This document shows, piece by piece, positions 12,001-22,679 of a stretch of 64,000 bases of DNA. Positions within the stretch are counted from its first letter, which is position 1. The number at the start of each line of letters is the position of its first letter. The notes below the pieces were generated by a model that was not told where the DNA came from, ran no database searches, and worked only from the letters and a program-made list of their open reading frames with translations. Position numbers and translations under genes: made by a program. This DNA comes from Entomortierella parvispora E1425 (lineage: Eukaryota; Fungi; Mortierellomycota): the NCBI GenBank assembly GCA_020891255.1, contig BQFW01000009.1:1612001-1676000 (forward strand), read 5' to 3'.

Positions 12001-15000
12001 TGCTGCGGGAAGCGGGGCTTCATTAGTCTGGTTGCAACTGAGGTTCGTGTTGCAGATAGGAACAAATGTCGCGCCTCTGGTAGGGCGAACCAAACGCGGA
12101 AAAGGATATCAAATGTCTGTCCGTAGTTGTAGGCCGCCCTCACAATACCCTAGTCGCGTCAAGTGAGAGTTGGACCTTTCGAACGACTGTGATTCCATGG
12201 CACGTTCCTACACTACTCGTAGGAGAGCGCGTGTCTTTTTCTTGATTCTCTCCATTCTTCTCTCTTAGCATAGCATTTGTATCCATGTGCAGAACCCAGG
12301 GGGTCTGATGGCAAACACCACAGCTTCGTAAGCAAACAATTATCCCTATATCCACTTTTTTCGATGCTTCTTTGTTTGGGGTACCAAGTTTGATCGACAG
12401 ACCTCCTGAGGCCAAAGTTCCTTCTTTTTTCCTTCCTTTGCTTTGAAAAAAGGTTACAAGAGCGATCCATTGGACACAGCAAGAATGGAACAATGGCGAC
12501 CCTTTCCACTTTTCCATCCAAAGAACCATGCAGTCGTGGGCATTCGTGGCTAATCAGATTGTTTATTTCGCTTTTTTGCCCTTTTGTTTCTTTTTATGCT
12601 TGCATTCGCATGTCAATTGGTCCTGTTGACCCAAGTATGTGTCGCTGGTTGGGGTCTGGACTTGCATGTCAAGTAAAGAAAGGACCATGCACCTTTTACC
12701 AACAACAAAATAAATAATGGAAGAGCAGACAAAAAAAAAAGAACTGGCCATTGGACCATCGGCCTGGCACTTGACTCTTTGGGAGCCTTGATTTTTTTTA
12801 TTATTTTGATGTGTTCCCGACTCTCTGCAGTTTTGCTTGCTCATCATTATAGTTTGCATGAATCGTTGACAAGAGAGATGGGGCAGACGAGAGGCGAACG
12901 GATAGTGAACTACGTGAAAAAAGAGATAAGGATAGGGATGGATATTGGGGATAGTGGGATGATGGTACAAAGTTGGGATAGAGAGAGCATGGAGAAAAGA
13001 GATGGATGCCTCCCGGGGAGGAAGGTGGACCAGAGGTCAACCATGTCCGAGCGCCAAGCTGTTATGGTTGGGACCCCTTACCCCCTCCTTGTCCTCCAAC
13101 AAAACATGTTTACAGTCGCGTCTTTCTCTCCCCATCTCTTTCTGTTCAAGGGGAGGGGGACGGAATGGGCTAGATGAAAGAGCTAACGATAGGTCAACGG
13201 ATATTTGTCACGCATTCGGGAACAGCCTCTCTTCGGGGGTCTCAGCCTCCTTCTCTCTGTTCCAGAGGGATGTTCCTTTTTGTTCAGTGCCACCCAAAGT
13301 CTAGGATGACCCTATTTGTTCTTGTCGGGCGGAGCAATGTTCCTGCAAACGATTGCCTTCTTGCCTTGTTGACAATGGTAGTCAAGGTCACCTACCAGAA
13401 TGGTGTTTGCCTTTTTGCCTAACCTACCCTTTCCGCCCTTTCCTTTTGATGCACGCGCACGCGTTGGCATGTTTGGCCCTCTATCTTTTGGAACTTCTCA
13501 AAAAAAAAAAACCAACAACAACAACAACAACAACAGCACACAACACACATACCAAGCCTCTTCCCCTTGCCAGTGTGACCCAATGACAACTGTTTTTTCT
13601 CCTCGTAGAAACACAATTGCAGGCAGGAGGAGGGGGGGAGAGGGAAAAAAACTCGGGGGATTTCGAGAGAGGGCAAGCTCGCGTTGGGAAGACAAGGTGA
13701 TCGAGGCAAGCGTGCAAGATGACGGCAACAGACGGTGACAGATTGAGAACGGGGGGTTGGGGGGAAGATATTGAGGTACTGAAGGACGCTACCTTGGTAA
13801 CCCCCCAATGCTTTCGCTTACGAGACATGTACTGTCCTTTTAGTCAGCACCTTCATACAAATAGGGACACACCATGATCCCTTTGGTATCTATTCCTATG
13901 CTTCCTGTCATGACCCGAGCGTGGCGTGCATTGCAGGTTGCAGGTTGCAGGTGGATCGAAAGAGGAAGAGGAGCGAGTTATTACTAGCTTGCTAGCGCAC
14001 GTTCTTACTTTTTCCCTCTTTCTGCTTTGCTTTCTCTAGGCAAGGGGGGATCATGAGGAGAGGCGTCAAACATGGATCAATTGACGCGACAAACTCGCGC
14101 GTTCTTTCGTCTCCCTAACTGACACAACAGTCGAGATGTCTGTCTCCCCCCTCCCTTCCTCTCCTCGGAAATGGCAAGGGCAAGCAAGGGCCGATGGGCA
14201 GAAAGTCAGAGAGCAAGAGCAACTGATGATGGTGTATGTACATGCAGATCCCGTGCCCAAAAAAGAGCAGTTGGAAGAAAAGGGTCGACCATGCTGAAAA
14301 TGCCGCAATACGCGACCCAATGGCAAAACTGATGTCCTCTCAGGCTTTTGTCTGTCCTCTATTTTGAGTGAGCGCGACAGAGAGACGACAGACCATCGCT
14401 CTCTAAATGCAAGGTTCGACAAAATTTCTTTTTTATTTTTTTTTTGGGGGGGTTACTGCAGTCTACTAGACTAAACGGTCGGTCGACATCCCATGCTCTC
14501 CAACTCCCTGACAGGAGTGAAGTCGACGCCACGAGAGAGGGACACAGCCCAAATCATTTGTGGCTTGGGTGACATGGTGGCTTTTCTTTTTTTTTCTTTT
14601 TCTTCCCACCAGGAAGGAGAAGGAAACGAACCAGAAGAGGGGGGGCAAAGCAGCAGTTCGACTCGTTGCTCTTCATTATTACTGCGTGGAACGCACAAAG
14701 CGTTTCTGTCGTCCGTCCCCCCTTGATCTGTTCCTATCCGTTGTTGAACTTTCTGGCGCTTTTTTGTCGCGCAAACTGGCATGCACAATAAGGCGCAAAA
14801 AAAAAAGGATCATGGTGCCTCCCTCCTCTTTTGAGCAATGTGTTTGGAGGGACTCGTAGGGTTGGTTGGTTGGTGCAATTGAGAACACTTTGCTTCGCCA
14901 TGTTTTTCCGCGTGCATTCAAGACCTGGGCTATGCAGTCGCGACGAGTATCTGATCCAACACCATGCATAGGGCATCCTGACCACCTCCAGCTTTGATGA

Positions 15001-16492
15001 ATAATACCAGAGCGACGGGGCTTAGAACTAAAAGGTGTTTGTTGTGAGGCATCCCCTTTCTTTCTGACCTTGATCCTTCCTTCTCCTACTCTCTCACACG
15101 GACTATCTTCAGTTTTCGGGATGGAACGATACACGTTGTATTTTTCGCGGTGGGGCTTTTTCCAGAAAGGAGCAACTGGAGCAAAGCGCAAAGTCATAAA
15201 ATTGAGGGCGAACGATGTACTGATTGATAGCCACGACTGAAGCGCGAGGCAAATAAAGAAAAAAGAGTCGTTTGGCCGCAGTTCGAGCTTTGCCAAGATG
15301 CACACACCCCCTCCTCCCTGCGGTGCACGGTCACACGTTCTCTGTGTGGGTCGAACTCATTCTACCAGCCCAAGTTATTTTAAAAAGGGATGGCAATTGA
15401 GAATGGACGGCTTGGGGGGTCAATCGAGAGAGTCCCCTCTCTCCCTTTTCTCCAAAAAAAAAAAAAAAAGCAATTGGCGTCATGTTTGTTTTACTTTTTC
15501 TGCCCATGACTAAAATGGCAAGCAATCGGAACTTTTTTCAGCCGCTGCGGGCGTTTCCTTTCTTGAGCAAGAAATAACAAAAAGACGCCATTCCAACCAT
15601 GGGTTGATCGACTACCATATTGACGTGTTCTTGCGACTTTTTGCTCAAAAAACGCGCGCGAGCAAAAAACAAACAAACAACAATATCCAAAAAAAAAAAA
15701 AAAAAAAAAAAATCAATTGCTCCACGGTCCATTACTAATCCCGGAGAAGGGAGACGATGACAAACGCGAGCCGCGTATCGTTCCGATTTCAGGGATCGCG
15801 TTCAACATCAAACACCAGACGACTTTCTGGTCAAGCCCCCTCTTCTCTTCCTTTCCCTTCTTTCAATTCATGGGTTGCGCAAATTCACGAGACTCAAGCA
15901 TGGAAATGGTTCTTCCGGTAGGACACAAAGAGCCTGCAGGATCTCTCCATCTATCTTTTTTTCTCTCTCTCTCCACTCCCCTTCCAGGTTTCGACTACTC
16001 TGTTTTAGGAACCTATACTGTACTGCCTTTGAGACGTCAATCCTTGATATTAGTCTTCAACAATTAAAAGAAGACCTGCTGCATCATTACGTTGAAGGGT
16101 GAGCGAGTTCAAAGTGAGGGGAGGGATTACACTTTTTTTTTTTTGATATTGCGGGGAGAATAGGAGAGGAGGAGGCGAACCTGTCAACATGCACAGTTCT
16201 TGGTGGTGTCGCATCCCTCACCACGCGGTCCCACGGTTGAACGGACAATGAGTCGTTCGAGTGTGCCGCAAAAGGGAATATGAAAGAGGAGAGTGCGCAG
16301 CATGCATTCCGCTCAAACCCGATTTCCAAGCATGGCCATGTGGCAAGGAATGGGGCACGTGATCAATTGAGACCGCTTTTTTTCTGCGCAACGAGGGAAA
16401 TGATCGCAACGACAGGGCATTGGATTGGGATCAAAATGAACAGGTTGGAAAGGGTTGAGGCCCTGATATAATTGTTTTCTAAACCTGTCTAT

Positions 16493-17641
16493 CTACGCCT
16501 TGACATGCTGTCGAACCATGGCCTCCGAGAAGGCCCATAGCTTCTCCTGCAAGGCCTCATCTTGTGCCAAGGGACTGGGCGTCAGCTCGTTGGCAATTGG
16601 AATAAAATATCTTCCTCGAATATCCTTGTTTACAATCTCGGGACTCGTAGCCGCGTACAACTGAGTCAGAGCACCATCCTTAGGGGTCATCGCCGCTACG
16701 CTCCTCACCACATTGAAGAGGACCTGGAAAGCCCGCGCCCATGTCGTTCTGTCGCGCGCCAGATCGGTGGCAACAAAACCAGGGTGCACAATGTTGCAAT
16801 AGACTTGTGTATCGGCCAGTCGGCGCGCCAAAGCTTTGCCAAAAAGCAGGTTTGCAAGTTTTGATCGCCCGTAGCGAGACCTATTTGTGCTTGCAGACTC
16901 GTCGTTCAGGGTCTCAAAGTCGATCCCTCCTTCGGTTGGATGTTCGTGGGCCAGGGAGCTGTCGCAAAAAAAAAAAAGACAGAGTAAGATCATCTCTTTG
17001 TTTTGGTGGCAATATGAGCGAGCATCAACTCCTACCTCAAGATAACAATTCGAGAGGGTTGTGATTCCTTGATCCTATCCAACAAGGTCATGGTGAAGAC
17101 AAAATGTCTGTCGCCAGAGCCGTTTTCAAAGCATCCAAAAGTCAGTTAGTTCTATCGAAGGGCAGGTAGCAGAACGTGGTCTAGTTGACAAATGTTCCTT
17201 TTATCCGAGATGGTTCACGGCAAAAATGTTCTCAATCCCATCGGCGCTCAGTCCAAACTTGCCAACAATGCCCGAGTTGTTGACAAGGATGTGAATGGGG
17301 AGTCCCCTACCCAAGAAGTCCTGAGCAGACTTCTTGGCCTTTGTCATATCATTCAAATCTAATTCCAAAAACTCCAGCTTTGCTTCCGCTGCCCGGGGAT
17401 AGGTTGCCTTGATCTCCTTCCTGGCCTTCTCGATAGCGGCCTCGGCTCTTTCTCTGCTACGGCAAGCTAAAATGACATGACAGTTATGGCCAGCCAAGGC
17501 TACGGTGGTAGCGTAGCCGAGTCCAGTATTGGCTCCGGTGACAATGGCGACCTTCCCGGTCAAGTCGGGGATCTGGTCATTGGAGAATCGTGCGGGCGTA
17601 AGGTAGGTTTTCCAGAAGGCGAGCTTGGTGAAGCTTGACAT
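16493..17641 (-). CDS. Short-chain dehydrogenase/reductase (RDH12/WWOX-like), copy 1; intron-1 donor is AT instead of GT, so possibly non-functional
   Basis: TGANTGLG, ACRS, NNSG and YGRSKLAN motifs. Exons about 17641-17205, 17107-17036 and 16958-16493. At the conserved NH(L/M)G junction the sequence reads CTC GG|ATAAAAGG where siblings have GG|GT; unspliced it stops at GGA TAA. Confidence 0.8.
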
Positions 17642-17809
17642 TGTCGTATGTGATAATCAAGCGGGGAATGTTTGTGTATGAGTGCAAGTGTTGAAATCTA
17701 GAAAACAAGAGAAAATGTAGAATGTATGCAGGTATGCAGGCTTAGAAACCGCAGCTGTCTCAAAGAGGGTTTTTTTTGCATATTCCTTTATTTGCGCGTC
17801 CTGACAAAT

Positions 17810-18895
17810 CTATACCTTGACGTGCGTGCGAACCAAGTCTTCTGAATAGGCCCAGAGCATTTCCTGTAATGCCTCGTCTCTTGCTATCGGACTGCGCTGG
17901 ATCTCATTCCCCACACGAACGAAATACCGGCCTGTCACCTCCTTGTTCTCAATCTCGGGGCTGGTCGCCAGGTATAGTTGGTTCAACGCGCCTAGCTTGG
18001 ATGGGATTCCCAAGAAGCGAAGCTGAAGAGATACGGCCAGTTTATCAAAGGCGGTTGCAGCCGGATCTTCGCTCCTTGTCGACTCAGTTCTGACCACGCC
18101 TGGGTTGCAACTGTTGACATGGACACGTTCTGGCTTGAGTCGACGCGCCAAGGCGTTCGCAAAGAGCACATTCACAAGCTTGGACCGGCCATAGAAGGGG
18201 GACGAGGCCGGCCATGGTGTCGATACTCAGGTTTTCAAAGTCGATACCCTTGGGCACACCCATCTCGTGCGCCCCAGAGCTTTTGGTTGTGAAGAGAATA
18301 AACGAAAAGTTACATATTAGTAAACAAGCTCCGTTGGGGAGATCAACGCAGTGAACGAGTTCTCTGCCAGACGTACCTCACCACCACGACTCTTGATGGT
18401 TGCTTTAGTTTGTCCAGCAAGGTCATCGTAAAGACAAGGTGGCCGACATGACTGACAGCAATCATCTTTCTATTCCATCGGCGCTGAGCTCAAAGGGGCA
18501 ACCAACGCCCGAGTTGTTGACCAAGAAATGCAAGGGAAGACCCAAGTTCAAGAGCGCATCGGTAGCTTGTCTGGCCTTTGTCATGTGCCTTTGTCATGTC
18601 GTTCAGATCCAGCTCCAAAAAGTCCAGGTTTGGTTCGGCGGGTGCTATGCGTGGATAGGTCTCTTTGATCTCCTTTGCCTTTTCGATCGCAGCCACGGCC
18701 CTCTCTTTGCTTCTGCACTCCAAAAAGACATGGGCAACTGTGGGCAACCATGGCAACGGTTGTGGCGTAGCCTAGTCCAGTGTTGGGCGCCCGTTACGAT
18801 GGCGACCTTGCCGGCTTGGTCGGGGATCTGGTCGTACGAGTATCGATCGGGGGTGACAAAGGTCTTCCTCTCTGCAACTATTTGAAGAAACTCAT
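17810..18895 (-). pseudogene. SDR pseudogene, copy 2
   Basis: ATG at 18895 with TAG at codon 6. Frameshifts in the TGA(N)TGLG motif, in the ACRS region and just before YGRSK. Short tandem duplication (CCTTTGTCATGT x2) near 18575-18600. The C-terminal ORF 17810-18175 is clearly homologous to the other copies. Confidence 0.9.
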
Positions 18896-19225
18896 TCTTT
18901 TCGATTATGGATGAGTGATTGAGTGAGCACGGTGGGTGGCTGAGTGAGGGGAAAGTCTGTGCAGGGAGTTTGGCGGCAAAGAGCTGAAGAAGGAAAAGGG
19001 GAACGGACTGGACTACTTCACAAGAGGGGTTATGAGATCGGGCAAGGACATGGTGCAAAAAAAAAAAAAAAAAACGACGTCGAAAAAAAGGGAAGGCTCT
19101 CTGTTACGTTTAGATATTATTATTAGAAAGATCGAAGGTTGGGGATCTCTCGAGATCAGTAGATGTGGGGGTATTCTCCTCTGCTTCCTATTCTTGCAAA
19201 CAAACAAAAAAAAATCCTGGCTCTC

Positions 19226-19697
19226 CTACGCGCGACGCTTCTCCTCAACCAGTTTTTCTGTAAAAGCCCACAGCCTTTCTTGCAACTTTTCATCGCGTGC
19301 ATACGCACTGGGGTGAATCTCATTGGCGATCGGAATGAAGTAACGACCTCGGACGTTCTTCTTCTCAATCTCGGGACTCGTTGCCAGGTACAATTGAGTC
19401 AAGGCCCCCACACTCGGTTTCATAGCCATGAGGTTTGCCATGATGGAAAACACTCTTGCTGTAAACCCTCCAAACACATCCGAGGTGTGACGCGCGAGCT
19501 CCGTGTTGACGAATCCTGGATGTGCAACATTGACAAAGACTTGAGTGTCCGCCAATCGACGTGCAAGAGCCTTGGCGAAAAGTATGTTGGCGAGCTTAGA
19601 TCGTCCGTAGCGGGAGAATGTGTTGCTTTTGGTCTCGTCGTTCAGCGTCTCAAAGTCGATCCCCCCTTTCACGGGTCCTTCGTGGCCCATTGAGCTG

Positions 19698-19728
<31 letters not shown>

Positions 19729-20449
19729 GGACGACTCAGCCTCAGTGCTGAGTGAAAACTATGAAGAGCATGTAGAGGCGATGTGCACAAAATGGTGGTT
19801 ACCTCAAAATGACAATCCTCGATGTCCCAGATTCCTTGATGCGGCCCAGCAAGGCCATTGTGAAGACAAAGTGACTATAGTCAGAGATGTAGAGCCAATG
19901 CAATTGATCCATCCGAGTTAGTCTCCTGTAATCGTCATTGCATTTCACATCTATCCTTTTTTTTCTTTTTTTGGTAACCAAGGTATCCAGAACGTACCCC
20001 ACATGGTTGACAGCAAACTGTTGCTCGATGCCATCTGCACTAAGACCGAAAGGCGTCATCATAATGCCAGAGTTATTCACCAGCAGGTGCAAAGGAAGTC
20101 CTTTGCTTAAAAACTCGTCTGCAGCCCTTTGACTCTTTTTGATGTCATTGAGATCCAACTCCAAAAACTCCAGCTTGGGTGTGGGTGCTTGAGGGTACTT
20201 GTCCTTGATCTCTTTCTTGGCCCGTTCAATGGCAGCCAGGGCACGTTCTTTGCTACGGCAGGCAAGAAAGACATGGGCGCCACGAGAGGCCAGGGCGACG
20301 GTCGTGGCGTACCCGAGACCTGTGTTGGCGCCAGTGACGATGGCGATCTTGCCGGTCTGGTCAGGGATCTTGTTGTATGAGTAACGGCGCGTGGTGACAA
20401 GGGTCTTCCACCACCGGAGCTGTGACATTGAGTTTCCGAGCAAAGGCAT
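19226..20449 (-). CDS. SDR (RDH12/WWOX-like), copy 3, three exons, apparently intact
   Basis: Exons 20449-19998, 19874-19803 and 19694-19226 with canonical GT-AG sites. TGANTGLG and YGRSKLAN present. The start could instead be the next ATG (MSQLRWWKT). Confidence 0.92.
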
Positions 20450-20975
20450 GTTGATATTGATATTAGGTGTGTTGTAAGAGGGAGAGAGCGAGAGAGAAAG
20501 CGGGAAAGAGCGTCAGGTTTGTTGATGGAGCAGCAAGAGTTCATCCTCAGGGACTTTTTATACCGTGATAACAAGCAGCTCAAAGGGGAAGACAATCAGG
20601 CCCAAAAAGGAAACGGAAAAAAATGATCGGGACAAAAAACCGGAAAACAGGAGCGGGGATGGGCAGAAGAGAGAGAATACGCGTCGCTTCGTCGCCCTCA
20701 TTCGTCTCCCTTCCGTCTCCCTTTTGTTTTTTCTTTCAAACAAGAAACCTCCTTTGATCGTCGAGATCTGATCAGGAAAAAATGCAATACTTTATGGATC
20801 ACATACAGTACTGTGGGTATATCCTGCATCGGCCGATCGGCCGCCGGAAGCTCTTCACTTTCGACTCTGACAACACCAGGCTGATCCAGCTCGTCTTTTT
20901 CCACGCTGCTTGATCTATAGAGCCAGCAACGTGGTCCAGCCCTCCAGTTAATTTGCCTCATAGTTTTCAATCGGC

Positions 20976-22482
20976 CTAGCAGGCTACACTCCTTCCTAGC
21001 CCTGCACCTTGATTATCCCCCGCCTTCCTCTTCCTGCACTTATCGACCGTCCTGGCTCGTAGTTCATTCTCTGGAAACAGCCATACCCAACGATTCAATA
21101 TATATCTGACTCCATCGTTCCCTACGGGGTCTTTGAGTAATCGCCTCCCTTTAGACAACATGCCTCGCTCCTCCAGTGTCCTCACTGCACTATCCAAGCT
21201 CTCCCAGTCAATTGTGCGGATTCTTCGGTCCGCTCTCTTGAGTTTCTTCATGTGTCTCCTTGTGCCAGGGCAAAACCCAACCGTCCCACGTCGAATAACC
21301 TGAGATGTTACTCTCTCGTAGTTGCTCAAGATTGGGGAACGTAGTCTTGAATACTACCTCCCAAAAAACGTCGTCCATGATCCAACGCCCAAATAAGTAC
21401 GGGGATTGTATTAACGAAGAGGCTACAACCATTCGCGCCCAGTCATTGGACTCGCTGAGCTCGCTCTCTTTTTTCGGCTTTTGTTATAAGGAGTGGGGCC
21501 GTCTGACTGATAAAGTTCTGAAACGAGAGAACGCGTTGCTGTGAGATGTCAACGTTAAGGCGGAGATCGAGACGTTGAAGAGAAGGACAACTCGCCAGCA
21601 TTCGAAACTCGAAAATGAACGCAAACGCAGTGTCGAGAACGAGTCGCTGAAAATGAGCAAGGTGCCAATCCCAAGTCCATACTGATCGTCGTCTTGGTAG
21701 TTGTCCTTGCTGTTGTTGTAGCGATAACTGAAGGTTCTCTGTCGGATCTTCCGATGTCGCCAATGTGTCAGGAGGTAAAGCCTTGTCCGCATCGACAAAG
21801 AAAATAGAGTCCTCTTGTCCATCCAGTTCATCATCCCCTTGGGATAGTAAGCGAGTATCTCACTGGGGGCAGATACAGCTCCAAAGCAAGGTTTTGCAGA
21901 TTTGGGGTCTGATAAAGAGTGCCTGGATGGAATGACATAGCCGGCCATCCGCGTAACTCCAAATCCTTGAGATTGGGCCATGGTTCCATGGCCGGCCGTG
22001 TAAGGAAGAGCTCATGGCGTCCGCAGGTGCTCATAGACTTATCCACGAGTTCTAGACGTTCAATATTGGGTCCCAATCCTGTCAGGGACATGTCCTGGTC
22101 GACCAGCAGTCGGGCGTTGGACGAAGTGACACTCAGAGACCTGATTCCCGGAAGTCTCCAGTCATGGCCGATCCGAATATCATCTGTCGACTCTTACTGC
22201 GTTTTTTCGCTGGTCCGCAAGGATCTTCATGGTCCTTAGCGTATCTCTGAATGCAAACACTATGTCGTTCAGTTCTTTGTGATTTCTCCTCTTGGGTGAT
22301 TCAAGAGCCGAGCGGGGGGCTGTGGTCCAGTTCAAGTGGAAGGCTTGGGCGTAAAGATAGGGCAAGGTCGCGGTGCAAAAGTAGCTATTGACCTGCAATA
22401 AACGCGAGAGGGTGGGTCGGTCGAACTGCAGGTGTTCAAGTATGCATCGAAGACACCCCAATGGAGGTTCGGCCAGGGACAT
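20976..22482 (-). pseudogene. F-box-like/LRR-like protein pseudogene B (large internal deletion, several frameshifts)
   Basis: N-terminus MSLAEPPLGCLRCILEHL..LLQVN resembles paralog A. Shared motifs (ELNDIVFAF, RIGHDWRLP, LRGWPAMSFHP, WTWDWHL, FEFRML, WIMDD..VFKTTFPNLE) are spread over different frames. Confidence 0.85.
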
Positions 22483-22679
22483 TGCACAAGGGGGATCGAG
22501 ATAAATGATGAGCATGGAAAGAGATGAAATGTGGGAATGCAATTGATCATGTGCAAACAAGGATCAAGGGCCGCAGCTCACATCCGTCAGATACCAGACG
22601 CGCGCCAGGCACGGTTCGACTAAAACTTTTTTATTTGAGTTGAGAGTGGTATGATCATCCCAATTGCGCGCCTACCTTG

